A stretch of DNA of 57,209 bases, taken from a virus. Taxonomy: Duplodnaviria; Caudoviricetes. The position numbers and the translations under genes are program-made. Under the pieces are notes generated by a model that made no database searches, was not told where the DNA came from, and was given only the letters and a program-made list of their open reading frames with translations. This document shows positions 46,026 through 56,209 of the stretch, one piece after another; position 1 is the stretch's first letter, and each line of letters opens with the position of its first letter. The stretch lies in the IMG/VR virus record IMGVR_UViG_3300020159_000496, positions 1-57,209 of that record; one strand, given 5' to 3'.

Positions 46026-49000
46026 TTAACCTAGAAGGATGGCAAAGATCTCGTTGAGCTCTTGTATTTCTGTTAGTGTGGCGTTACTGGAAGTCCCGGC
46101 TAGGGTTGAATATGCTATGCCGTTGAATACTTCTGGAGCACTAAGATCAGTGTTAAATCTGAGGTCTCCAACTTCCGGAGCTAGCGGCCGAGCATCATTA
46201 TCTCCTGTAGGAAGAACTAGGGCTGTTAAACTGTTAAATTTAACATATCCAGCTGCGGTATTTTGAATAATCATGTTTGCGCTAGGGCTAGTGTTTGTTA
46301 AAGTAGTTCCTGTAAACAGAATATCACCCATAACAACATTTAGGGTATCTGGTATGAATTTTGAAATTGTGTTCGAAGTATGCAGGTATAGATCAGTTGA
46401 CGATGCTCTTTGATAAATGCCTTCAGTGTATGATAAAGAACTAGGATAGTCAATGACAAAAGTCATTGTTGTAACATCCCAAGCTGTGCCTAGAGTATAG
46501 TTTCTTATAAATGTGTTTGATCCGTTACTTATAATAGCCCAAAATGCTGTTCCGTCATCGTTAAACGCTTGTCCTTTAGCATAATATCCTGTAGGAAGTG
46601 AGAAAGTATATGTGGTTGGCCCAGTCATGCCAACTATTGTCCAAGCTGTCGCACAGGTGTATACCTGAAATGATACTTGACTTACCGCAGTGTTCCGATT
46701 TATTTCATAAAATTTTGTTCCGTCAGCATTGAACCAAGGTTGAGATAACGCAATTATTCCGATATTTACTTTATTGATATGGCTAGCCGTTGTTATATCC
46801 CAAGGGGTTGATAAACTATATTCAAAAACAAAAACATTAAAATTAAGAAATCCGCCACCATTGCCCATAACCCAAAATTTTGTGCCATCGTATTTAAAAT
46901 AGGGCCCTATATTGTTTAACGTTCCCATACCGCCAGCGGTTATAGCATTTAGATCTTGAATTGAAAAGGTTGTATGATCTCCAATTGACGAAATATCCCA
47001 TGGTGTTGATAAGGGATAAGAAACCACATTGCGACTGTTATAAGAAAATGCCACAGTTCCGTCAGGTTTAAAAAATATTCCTCTTAGAGTTCTTGCGGTA
47101 GCCGGAGCACTTAACATTTGTCCGGACGAGTCTATACTGTAGACTATATCCCCATTAATGCCGCCCGGTGTTAAATTTATGTCACTGTTGCTGATGCTAG
47201 AAATAGTGTTTCCGCTAAACAACAATGAGCCTGCTAGCAACGATTGAAGATTTACTCCAGTGCTGTCAACGGTCATTCTAGATGTATTGTTTACTGTAAA
47301 ATCTAATACATTGGTATCTAATGCCCTAACCGAAGTAGCACGATTTCTAGAGAATATGCCACCATATGTTATTGGACCAGTATTTGTCCAACCTTCAAAT
47401 CTATTAATAGAAGTGTTAAATCTTAGCTCACCTGTTGACCCTGTTGACTTGTCTGCTGTAGTTCCTGTAGGTAATTTAACAGCGTTGGTCTTATCAAAAT
47501 CAACAAATCGTCCTGTATATGGAAGTATTGTTAAATTAGCGTTAGTATCAACTGTAGATAAAATATTGTTGTTGATTTGTGTACGCTCTATTCGAACGCC
47601 GCCTGTGCCCGGACCAACTAGATTTAAACTGCTGTTAGAAAGGGTTGTTTCGATAAAGTTATCTTTGATTCGAATATCGCCATCAAATAACTGATCTGTT
47701 AAGATTGTGGTTCCTGTAATGTTTCTAACAGTAGTAGTATTAGACACCAATAAATTTTGACCAAATAATACTCCGTCATTTAACACTATTTGGCCGCCTG
47801 CTGATCTTAGATCAATGTCGCTGTTTGATTGAGTTGTGGCAATTCTAAAATCAATAAAGGCATAGTCTTCAAATCCCACTTGACCTGATGATATTAAATT
47901 ACCAGTGAGATTGTATTCACCTGAAATATTACTAGTACCAATATGCTGTTTTGTACCAGTTAATCCTAGGGTTCCTGTAACAGTGGTATTAGTAAATGTT
48001 GAATTGCCGGTTAGGCTAAATGTCCCAGTATTGATTTCTAACGTTGGTTCTACAACAACTCTGCCAGTGCCGTGGGCCGCTAGTTCAATATCAACATTTG
48101 ATACTGTGGCTTCAATAAAGTTATTTTGAAATCTAAGCTGATCAGTTTCGTAGATATCGCTGGACACGTCATTGGGGAATGTGATATTTTGAACAGCAAT
48201 ATACGCATCGTTGACTGTGAGGTCGTTTTCTATTACCACGTTTGCGTTGGGGATCACAATATTTCCAACTCCGCCCGATGCCAGCAATTCTAAATCTGAA
48301 TCTGAGTCAGTGGTAGTAATAGTATTGCCGCTGATTGTAACATCACCGTTGGTAAATGTATCAAGTAAAACATCACCGATAACAGATAAGTTTCCAGTTT
48401 GATTAACTGTGCCTGTTTGATTTAGTTGTCCAATTAGGCCTAGATTTGATACAGATGTATCTAGTAATGTAGTATTGCCGTTAATATTAACATCGTTGGT
48501 TATTTCAACATTGTTAGCAGTTCTTACAACTCCAATACCGTTGGCACGCAATTCTAAATCTGCGTTTGATATTGTAGTAGTTATGAAATTTTCTTGTACC
48601 AGTACACTATCGACAAAAATTGATAACCCTTGAACCTGTGTATTAACTGTTAAATCATCAGAGTATAAATCACCTTGAATTGTTAGACCGTTGTTAATTA
48701 GTAAATTACTGTTGATGTTTACTGTCTTAGATATAGGTGCTGCTAATTCAATGTTGGCATTTGACGACAGTGTATTGTCATCAATTCTTAAATTTTGATA
48801 CTGAGCATAACTGCCAACAGATAACGATTGAGATATCTCTGTTGTACCGTTAACTATACTGTTGCCGTTAAAAACTCTATTCCCGGTATGATTGACGGTA
48901 CTTATGTTATAAAGTCCGCCAAATGTTGATGTGCCTAATACATCAATATCAAAATTTATGTTAACATCGGAGTTAGGAATGTTTACAATTCCTTGCGGAT

Positions 49001-52000
49001 CTAAAATTAAGTTTTCATTTAGATTGTTAGATTCTATTACTCCGCTAGTTACTGTCACTCCGGATAATATTAATTGTGCCGAAGTTATTTGATATTCAAT
49101 ATTTGCTAGATTAACCGCAGCAGTATTTTGTACTAAAGTGTTGTAGTCAACATTTACAGTATTATCAAATACAACATTGCCAGTTCCGCCTGCTTGAAGC
49201 AACAAGGCATTGTTACCGAGTGTTGTAGTAACGACATTTCCTAGAATAGCAATGTCGTTAAGTGCGAGATAATTAACTCGCAAATCATTAGATATTGCTA
49301 GGTCACCAGTTAGTTGAGAATTTCCAGTTAATTCTACTGATCCCAATATTGCTGTAGATTCTAGTGATGTTGATCGAAGTGTTGAAATTCCGTTTACAGT
49401 TAGATCTTGATCAACTAACATTTCATCTGAAATAACTTTGCCAGACGCAGCAGCATTAACAATTAAATCTGGGGTAGGCGTTGTAATAACATTGCCTTGA
49501 ATTAATACGCCGGCATTGAATATGTCAGATATAATGTCATCTACTTGAATATTTGATGATTGAATTGTATTATAAATTAAATCTTGATCAAGTTGAACAT
49601 CGTTAATTGGTATGTATATATTGCCGGTACCGTTGGCAAGCAAGTCTAAATTAGAATTTGAAGTGACTGTAGATATTACATTACTGTCAACAGATATATC
49701 TCCAAAACTTAAACTAGGAATCGCCAACGATAAATTGTTTGATAACTGATAGTTTCCAGTTACATCGATATTTCCTAATATATTTTGATCGCCGGTTTGA
49801 TTAAAATTGCCTACAATCGTTGTATTTTTTAAGTTTAATACGTTGTTAGCAGTGTATCCCGTGTTAACTTGTAAATTTTCAAATACCACTTTACCTGTGC
49901 CAGCAGCATATAATTCTAAATCGCTGTTAGACGATGTGGTGTATAATTTGTTATCGTTAATGACAATGTCACTGATGTTGGCCTGGCCCAACCAAACAGA
50001 TTTCCATGTTAGTGTAGGAATTCCTAGTCTAGATGTATCAGAAATTTTAGGAATGATATCACTGTCTATTTCGCTGGCAAATGTTACAACATCTATAGCA
50101 CCAAGATTACCAATGTTGATTGTGCCGTCTATTGATAGGTTGCCTGTTAACTCTAAATTACCCGCAATATTACTAGTTTGTAACGTTTGAGGAGTCACTG
50201 CTGACTTGATGTTTAGGTCGCCAGTTGTTGTTGATATTAAATTATCGCGAAAGACTACTTTGCCAGTTTCAATTTTTTCAGCATTTAAAACTGTAATATC
50301 AGCACCGGTAGAAAAAACTATTTCATTTATTCCACTTACGCTTTGGCCAATGCCGTTAAATGTAACTAGCCCGGTATCTTGGTCTACAAAAAATGCCTCA
50401 CCTACTCTAAAGTTTCCTGATTGATCATCACTTTGCCAATATATTCTAGCAGCATTAACTGTAACTGTTTCGTTTTCTTGATTAACTAAAGTTGGATCAT
50501 TTGATGCTGTTGTGCCCAAGCCGATGTAGGCAAAGTTGTGATTGATCAAATACATCAACACGTCACTACCATCGCCTTCAGCACCAACCTGTCCGTATAC
50601 GTTAGCTGATCCAATGCTACGGAGTTCTGCTCCGTAGAGTATAGATGATCCGTCTGGACTTAATCTACCCGATTCTCCGTTTGTAGCATATAATCCTTTT
50701 GACGCAAAGTATGTAAACGAATTTAACCATTCTACTCGAACTCCGTTGGTCATATACAAACCAATAGAATTTGGCACAATAAAAGTCACTGAATGGAACA
50801 GCATACTTGCTGTGATTGATCCAGATGTTCCGCCACCTCCTGGAGGACCGCCACCTTCACCGCCAATGAAGAAGGGACTAATAGTGGGGTTAGTTGCATC
50901 GCCGTCAACTAACGCTCCTCGACCCGCTGGCATGGCAGCTGAGCCGGTCGGTGACGAAAAGATTGGGATTCCTGAAGAGGCCACTAATGAAGTAGTAACA
51001 TATATTCTCCATTGGTCTGTATTAATTGGGTCTTCAATTACATAATCAATAACATAAACAACTCCTGCGATATTGATGCTCCAGCCTGCTCCCACTACTG
51101 TAGCAAACCATGGTGGCAATCCAGTCTTAAAATATGCTACCCATGGCTCTCCGATTGAACTGCCAGTAGTGTCAAAGTTGTCGTTTGCAATAATAAATGT
51201 TGTTTCAACATCTGGATAAAAGCTAATGGGTTTAAGCTGACCAGCTATATTAAAAGTTGTATCAACAGTCATACGCCATGTGTTTGTGTTTGCTGGTTCT
51301 GTCTCAATCGATACAACTGTGTAGAATAAAGGAGGATTAGGATATCGATCAATAACTGCGGTTTGACCTACTAACGAATCTACAAGAGCTTGGCTATAAA
51401 ATGATTTATCTAACGTCACACTATCGCTTGTATAGCTAAAAAGAGTAGGGCCAGGGCCGGGAGTTATTTGCCCGGGAGTTAGTGTTCCAATAACTTCTTT
51501 GGTTATTACTGATACATTTTGAATGTAAGGAGATCTGTCTGATGCGTTATAACCTGGAGCAAATCTAAAAGCATAGCCTTCATTTACTGTTGAGTCATAA
51601 AAGAAATCCCTAACAGTTAAGTTTGAAACAGTTGTGCCAGCGTTTAATAAAAAACAGTCTTTAAATTCACTACTTGAATCAGGTTCAATAGTAACTGCTC
51701 GAATGCCCTTCCCAATTACAGATACTCCTGCGGGTACTACTAATGGAAATTCTTCTTGGTATACACCCGGATAAATGTTAACCGTGTCACCAGCAGTGGC
51801 AAAACTAAGAGCGTGTTTGATTGTTCTAAATCCGCTGAGCTGATGTGTGCCATCATTCCATATTCCACTATCGACGCCTAATGTACTAACATAGTATGAG
51901 TTGCCTGGTCTAAGAGCAGCGTTTTCGTTTATATTAGCGATTCCAGATAGATCTTCAGTTACTAGAAATTCACCATTAACAAATTGACTGTGTAATTCGT

Positions 52001-52595
52001 CCCACTTTTTAGTAGCACTACCAACGTTGAATGTATCACCAACTGTTGGAATTAGATCTCCAATTATTTCTGCGTTGATTACTAGGACGTCGGTGTTACT
52101 GTCATCACCAAATGTAACATTGCCTTGAATAGTTAGACTATCACCTCCGTCAATATTTCCTGCGACAATAGCGTCTGAATCTAAAATAACTTTGCCAGTA
52201 CCGTTAGGATTTAATTCAATATTTTCGTTGCTGATTACGCCCTGGATGTAATTGTCATTAAAGATCAAACTAGGCGTTTCAAGTATATCGGCAAACAGTG
52301 TGCCACTGGCATTTATTGTTACATCGCCGTCGTAGTTGGTAATTGTGCCAGTATCGCCGTCAAGATATAAATTTGTTAGTTGAGCATCGTTGTCAACTAT
52401 GATCAAAGAAGACTGAGTAGTTCCGTCAACTGTTAGTTCGCGAGAAACATTACTGGTGTTTATACCAATACGTTGAGAATTTACTTCTAAAAATAAATTA
52501 TTGTCGCCTAGTTGATTTTCAAAGACAAGATCAACACCCAACCTTTCTAGGTTGGCTTTAAGCATTGGTCCTGTAATTCTACCTAGATCTGCCAA
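46026..52595 (-). CDS. Giant fibre-like virion protein (2189 aa), paralogue of 39811..45906, with a propeller-like insert near the C-terminus
   Basis: LGRITGPMLKANLxRxGVDL start, shared MLFHSVTFI...RVEWLNSFTYFA core and SNxDLELxAxGxG repeats. TTG start with AAGGGG RBS and TAAATA at 52619-52614. Confidence 0.8.
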   Translation of the reverse strand: MADLGRITGPMLKANLERLGVDLVFENQLGDNNLFLEVNSQRIGINTSNVSRELTVDGTTQSSLIIVDNDAQLTNLYLDGDTGTITNYDGDVTINASGTLFADILETPSLIFNDNYIQGVISNENIELNPNGTGKVILDSDAIVAGNIDGGDSLTIQGNVTFGDDSNTDVLVINAEIIGDLIPTVGDTFNVGSATKKWDELHSQFVNGEFLVTEDLSGIANINENAALRPGNSYYVSTLGVDSGIWNDGTHQLSGFRTIKHALSFATAGDTVNIYPGVYQEEFPLVVPAGVSVIGKGIRAVTIEPDSSSEFKDCFLLNAGTTVSNLTVRDFFYDSTVNEGYAFRFAPGYNASDRSPYIQNVSVITKEVIGTLTPGQITPGPGPTLFSYTSDSVTLDKSFYSQALVDSLVGQTAVIDRYPNPPLFYTVVSIETEPANTNTWRMTVDTTFNIAGQLKPISFYPDVETTFIIANDNFDTTGSSIGEPWVAYFKTGLPPWFATVVGAGWSINIAGVVYVIDYVIEDPINTDQWRIYVTTSLVASSGIPIFSSPTGSAAMPAGRGALVDGDATNPTISPFFIGGEGGGPPGGGGTSGSITASMLFHSVTFIVPNSIGLYMTNGVRVEWLNSFTYFASKGLYATNGESGRLSPDGSSILYGAELRSIGSANVYGQVGAEGDGSDVLMYLINHNFAYIGLGTTASNDPTLVNQENETVTVNAARIYWQSDDQSGNFRVGEAFFVDQDTGLVTFNGIGQSVSGINEIVFSTGADITVLNAEKIETGKVVFRDNLISTTTGDLNIKSAVTPQTLQTSNIAGNLELTGNLSIDGTINIGNLGAIDVVTFASEIDSDIIPKISDTSRLGIPTLTWKSVWLGQANISDIVINDNKLYTTSSNSDLELYAAGTGKVVFENLQVNTGYTANNVLNLKNTTIVGNFNQTGDQNILGNIDVTGNYQLSNNLSLAIPSLSFGDISVDSNVISTVTSNSNLDLLANGTGNIYIPINDVQLDQDLIYNTIQSSNIQVDDIISDIFNAGVLIQGNVITTPTPDLIVNAAASGKVISDEMLVDQDLTVNGISTLRSTSLESTAILGSVELTGNSQLTGDLAISNDLRVNYLALNDIAILGNVVTTTLGNNALLLQAGGTGNVVFDNTVNVDYNTLVQNTAAVNLANIEYQITSAQLILSGVTVTSGVIESNNLNENLILDPQGIVNIPNSDVNINFDIDVLGTSTFGGLYNISTVNHTGNRVFNGNSIVNGTTEISQSLSVGSYAQYQNLRIDDNTLSSNANIELAAPISKTVNINSNLLINNGLTIQGDLYSDDLTVNTQVQGLSIFVDSVLVQENFITTTISNADLELRANGIGVVRTANNVEITNDVNINGNTTLLDTSVSNLGLIGQLNQTGTVNQTGNLSVIGDVLLDTFTNGDVTISGNTITTTDSDSDLELLASGGVGNIVIPNANVVIENDLTVNDAYIAVQNITFPNDVSSDIYETDQLRFQNNFIEATVSNVDIELAAHGTGRVVVEPTLEINTGTFSLTGNSTFTNTTVTGTLGLTGTKQHIGTSNISGEYNLTGNLISSGQVGFEDYAFIDFRIATTQSNSDIDLRSAGGQIVLNDGVLFGQNLLVSNTTTVRNITGTTILTDQLFDGDIRIKDNFIETTLSNSSLNLVGPGTGGVRIERTQINNNILSTVDTNANLTILPYTGRFVDFDKTNAVKLPTGTTADKSTGSTGELRFNTSINRFEGWTNTGPITYGGIFSRNRATSVRALDTNVLDFTVNNTSRMTVDSTGVNLQSLLAGSLLFSGNTISSISNSDINLTPGGINGDIVYSIDSSGQMLSAPATARTLRGIFFKPDGTVAFSYNSRNVVSYPLSTPWDISSIGDHTTFSIQDLNAITAGGMGTLNNIGPYFKYDGTKFWVMGNGGGFLNFNVFVFEYSLSTPWDITTASHINKVNIGIIALSQPWFNADGTKFYEINRNTAVSQVSFQVYTCATAWTIVGMTGPTTYTFSLPTGYYAKGQAFNDDGTAFWAIISNGSNTFIRNYTLGTAWDVTTMTFVIDYPSSLSYTEGIYQRASSTDLYLHTSNTISKFIPDTLNVVMGDILFTGTTLTNTSPSANMIIQNTAAGYVKFNSLTALVLPTGDNDARPLAPEVGDLRFNTDLSAPEVFNGIAYSTLAGTSSNATLTEIQELNEIFAILLG

Positions 52596-52636
52596 GATAC
52601 GCCCCTTATTTGATATTTATCGGAGCGACAGATTGA

Positions 52637-53482
52637 TTATTGATCGTAACCGAAGTAAACAATAACGGGTTTAGTGTCAGGCACTGCTGACAAAAATTTG
52701 ATATGCCAACCCGGTTTGGCAATTTTAACGGAATATGATCCGCCTGTAGCACCAGTAACTGTGACCGTAGGTGTAGTAGCCCCGGTATACCCGCTGCCTG
52801 GATCTGTGATATTAATTTCAGTAATTACTCCAGCACCGTCTGTAGTGCCTAGACCTGTAGTAGTTGTACCAGCTACGTTTGGAGCACTGAATACAACCGG
52901 AATAGTCGTGCTGTTTGGTGTTAGGCCTGTACCACCGGTTAGTACTTCAACACCAACTACAATTCCATCTGATTCTTCAAGTGTAAAGTTTGTACCCGAA
53001 ACTTGAAATACGTTTTCAACAATAACAATCATGTTGTCAACATAGTCTGCTGGATCAAGTCCTTGTTCTAGGCCCGGAACATATGGCAATGGGTCTCCGC
53101 TAATTGGAAACCACTTGCTAATATCTTCGTTTGGTTGACTGGTTAAATCCCAAGTACCTAGTCCTAGATTTGCTTTGCGTACTCTAGCAGGTCCTTGTGT
53201 TCTTATTGGATACCACTGACCTTCGTAGTACATTTCAAAACCCACAGGTCTTGTCGGATCCCAATAAACCGCAGTGTCGCTGATTTCGTGGCCGCTGTTA
53301 GGATCAACGTTATACCGTATCATGCCTTCTGCGGGATAGTACGGTCTAAAAATCTGATCACCAGTTGGTAATTTTATACTACTCTTAGATTCAATGTTAA
53401 CCTGATTCGTAGGATACTGAACAATAAGAGTTTTATCGTTCGGTGAATACTTAGAAAGATTTTGAGTTTTAAGATATTTCAT
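52637..53482 (-). CDS. Putative baseplate/fibre structural protein
   Basis: LPTG...RP...EGMIRYN motif, VIVENVFQ, and ITDPGSGYT module typical of T4-like baseplate wedge and fibre proteins. Confidence 0.6.
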   Translation of the reverse strand: MKYLKTQNLSKYSPNDKTLIVQYPTNQVNIESKSSIKLPTGDQIFRPYYPAEGMIRYNVDPNSGHEISDTAVYWDPTRPVGFEMYYEGQWYPIRTQGPARVRKANLGLGTWDLTSQPNEDISKWFPISGDPLPYVPGLEQGLDPADYVDNMIVIVENVFQVSGTNFTLEESDGIVVGVEVLTGGTGLTPNSTTIPVVFSAPNVAGTTTTGLGTTDGAGVITEINITDPGSGYTGATTPTVTVTGATGGSYSVKIAKPGWHIKFLSAVPDTKPVIVYFGYDQ

Positions 53483-53850
53483 ACTGGCAATACACTTACC
53501 GTAGCAACTACTTTACTGTTTTCTGAAGCACGAGCTCTAATACTGTCGCCGGCTCCTAGTACAACTCTTTCAGTATCAAAGAATATAGTTTCCCCTGCGG
53601 GAATTTTTAATGATTTAATAATGGCATTTACTAAAGGATCGGCAGCGGCACCTGCTTTAACAAGATACACATCAATGTTGGTGTCGCCACCATCGGCACC
53701 TGTTGACACTGCTAGAGTAGAATCGTCAACATCAGTGACATTACAAAATATCATTGTAGTTACAGCACTTTGAGAATTTAAATCTCCTGGATCACCTGGG
53801 GCTGTGAAAACTGCTTGTATGTCAACTGTTAATAATTTATTCTCTATCAT
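53479..53850 (-). CDS. Small beta-sandwich adaptor-like structural protein (family copy 3)
   Basis: AVTTMIFCN...IIKSLKIPAGET...ERVVLGAGDSI pattern shared with copies 1 and 2. Confidence 0.65.
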   Translation of the reverse strand: MIENKLLTVDIQAVFTAPGDPGDLNSQSAVTTMIFCNVTDVDDSTLAVSTGADGGDTNIDVYLVKAGAAADPLVNAIIKSLKIPAGETIFFDTERVVLGAGDSIRARASENSKVVATVSVLPV

Positions 53851-53859
53851 TTTTAATCC

Positions 53860-55398
53860 TTAGAAAAGCATACTCATCACAAGTGCTTTTTGTTTACTTA
53901 TTAATTCGTTTTTAACAGGATAGGCAACAAGATTTGACGGATTGTTTTGCGTCGCAGGATTATTAATCACCCACTGACTCCAACTCAAACTCTGTTTAAG
54001 ATTATTAAAATACAGCCCCGTGCCTCCCGGTGTTGGTCTCACTATACTGCTGTCGTTTGGATTACCGTATAGTACTGTAGACCCTGTTACATAGTTTAAT
54101 GCGATTGTTGAAGTTGCTTGTGCTTCAAATTGTAATGCTCTGTTGATTTCAACATTGCCTGTACCCAATGTTGTAAGTTTTAAATTGGTATTTGTAACTA
54201 CGTTTAAAATTTCATTGTCGGCAAATTCAAAATCTTGTGCTTGAAATCTATCTTCATAAAATGTTGCTGATAACACATCGTCAACGACTATTCTAACCTG
54301 GCTTTCTGTCAACGATGGATTTGCACCAGAGCTGAAAGTCACTGCTGGAATATAATCGTACTCACCAAAATACGTCATAGCGATCGAAGTAATAGTTTGA
54401 TACGCTGTTGAAAATACATCTAGGTCAACAACTGCTACAGCAGTGGCGGTTAATGGGCCACCGCCAAGATCAATGCCTGGTTGGAAACTCACTGTTACTG
54501 ATTGGTAATCGTTGCCGGCATTAACGATTTCTACTTCTTGTACACCCCAAATTATATTAAATGTTGCGTTGAATCCAAATCCGTCGGTAGTTGTTGCTAT
54601 ATTATTATTTGACGGCGGAATACTAACAAACAATCCGCTGTCAATCAATGAGTATGTTAATATGCTGCCGCTGACGTCAACTGTATCTACTCGGATTCGT
54701 GCGTCACGACGAGCTGATCCGCCAACTAGCACTAGTATGTCACCGACAGAGTAATTTGCTCCCGGGTTTGGTAATTCAGTTTGTTGTATTGACATAATAG
54801 CATTGCCACTCGCTCCGCCGTCTATGTCCTGTACAATTACGTAGGTGTCATCACGTTTAATTTCGTTGTCAGGTGGTCTGTTTATAATCGCCACATCAAC
54901 ATATTTTTTGTTTGGTATATGGTCGTCTAGAGTTACGTGGAGTTCGTAGTCGCTGGTGCCTTCTACAGTTACTACTCCTTCGCCAGTACCAATCAATATT
55001 AAATTTCCGCTATCAGTAAACGAACTAGTTAATATTCTTCTTACTTTTAAATTACTTTCTACATACGATATATTGCCGCCAGCTGTAGCAACGATTTCCC
55101 AAGCGTCTGCCAGTTCGTCATACCAAAATGTTGGATACGAATTTCTAGATGAATCACTTCCGAATCCTCTATCAACTCGTATTCCTGAGTAACCTTCAGT
55201 AACACCATCACCTGTTTCACCATTGTTTAGGGTGATGATGTTATCTTCAATATCTAAGTTGGCCACGCTTACTACTACATAGTCACCTTCTACTCTTAGA
55301 TTACCTGTGACTAAGACTTCACCGCTGTCAAGAGTTATCCTGCCATCAGTCTGCGTTTTTATTTTATAATCGCAATTAGTCTGTAAAACTTGTGCCAT
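53860..55398 (-). CDS. Virion structural protein (fibre/baseplate-associated)
   Basis: VTGNLRVEG...IEDNIITLNNGE...SGIRVDRG and IPNKKYVD motifs; hydrophobic C-terminus ALVMSMLF. Confidence 0.65.
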   Translation of the reverse strand: MAQVLQTNCDYKIKTQTDGRITLDSGEVLVTGNLRVEGDYVVVSVANLDIEDNIITLNNGETGDGVTEGYSGIRVDRGFGSDSSRNSYPTFWYDELADAWEIVATAGGNISYVESNLKVRRILTSSFTDSGNLILIGTGEGVVTVEGTSDYELHVTLDDHIPNKKYVDVAIINRPPDNEIKRDDTYVIVQDIDGGASGNAIMSIQQTELPNPGANYSVGDILVLVGGSARRDARIRVDTVDVSGSILTYSLIDSGLFVSIPPSNNNIATTTDGFGFNATFNIIWGVQEVEIVNAGNDYQSVTVSFQPGIDLGGGPLTATAVAVVDLDVFSTAYQTITSIAMTYFGEYDYIPAVTFSSGANPSLTESQVRIVVDDVLSATFYEDRFQAQDFEFADNEILNVVTNTNLKLTTLGTGNVEINRALQFEAQATSTIALNYVTGSTVLYGNPNDSSIVRPTPGGTGLYFNNLKQSLSWSQWVINNPATQNNPSNLVAYPVKNELISKQKALVMSMLF

Positions 55399-55412
55399 CT
55401 TATTTTCCTAAA

Positions 55413-55799
55413 TTAGATTGCTGTTAAAACAATATAATCGTTAGATGAATCGTTTTCTAGATACCATGTGTAACGATTGCCGCTAAAGTCAGTAGCAACA
55501 CGTTTGGTAATTTTAGCTAGATTAGTTCTTTGTGCTGCGTTGCCGCCAATGAAACCAAATAAATTCATTTCACCTGCTGCTGCTGGCGTACCAGAAACTA
55601 ACACTGCTGTTGTGTAGGCTGTGGTTGTTCCAATGTTACCAACTTGAGCAACAACAAAAGTTTTTGCTCCACGCTGTTTGATAATAACACCATCAACTCT
55701 TAATGACGCATCGTAGAAATCAATTCTAACACCTGAGTCACTTGCGTATGTACCGATAACATCAGTACCATTTACATCTTTTCTTAATGGACGTCCCAT
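55413..55799 (-). CDS. Hypothetical protein near the capsid gene, probably virion-associated
   Basis: 128-aa ORF starting MGRPL with a strong AAGGAG RBS and its own TAAATA (55874-55869). Confidence 0.7.
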   Translation of the reverse strand: MGRPLRKDVNGTDVIGTYASDSGVRIDFYDASLRVDGVIIKQRGAKTFVVAQVGNIGTTTAYTTAVLVSGTPAAAGEMNLFGFIGGNAAQRTNLAKITKRVATDFSGNRYTWYLENDSSNDYIVLTAI

Positions 55800-55871
55800 T
55801 TGTTTCTCCTTAATTTGACGTTCTAGGTCTACGCTGCGGGTTTACAGCATAAATCATTCTAGATACTTTAT

Positions 55872-56141
55872 TTATCCACGGCTTAGTAATGACATCAGTT
55901 CCATTTTTTCAGCTGTAGATATAATTCTATTAATTTCATCTAATTCGTGTTGGGCACGTTCTAGATATTGCTTTTGTTTTGTCTGTCGATAGTGTACACC
56001 AGCAATAGCATAATTTTGTATATGTTTTTCAACAGCTTGTTCTATATGATTAACATCGTGTTTAAACATAGAAAACTTTTTACGCCATTCAGAAAATTGT
56101 CGCCTTAGTTGAGGAAAGTCTTTGTCGGATGTAACTACCAT
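55872..56141 (-). CDS. Small helical hypothetical protein
   Basis: Start moved to ATG 56141, 5 nt after TAAATA (56152-56147). Confidence 0.65.
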   Translation of the reverse strand: MVVTSDKDFPQLRRQFSEWRKKFSMFKHDVNHIEQAVEKHIQNYAIAGVHYRQTKQKQYLERAQHELDEINRIISTAEKMELMSLLSRG

Positions 56142-56160
56142 AGTGATATTTAAGTCAAAC

Positions 56161-56184
56161 AAAAAGGCCCCGAAGGGCCTTTTT
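56161..56184 (-). terminator. Rho-independent terminator after the major capsid gene
   Basis: AAAAAGGCCC-TTCG-GGGCCTTTTT with the C(UUCG)G tetraloop typical of T4-like phages. Confidence 0.9.
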
Positions 56185-56209
56185 GATATTCAACAAATCA
56201 AAGATTTGA

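Noticed and set aside
40500-50200. Periodic repeats as a CRISPR array or DNA tandem repeat
   Set aside because: The repeats are degenerate at DNA level and in frame; they encode SNSDLELRANGTG-type protein repeats.
27323-52595. Diversity-generating retroelement or invertible tail-fibre cassette
   Set aside because: No reverse transcriptase or recombinase gene, and I saw no ~100-nt repeat pair differing only at adenines. The repeats are explained by paralogy.
9892-55192. Many 60-200 aa plus-strand ORFs (e.g. 34170..34775, 19014..19475, 47260..47694)
   Set aside because: They lie antisense to long minus-strand genes, are Val/Pro/Leu-rich mirror translations, and mostly start at GTG/TTG. They are shadow ORFs.
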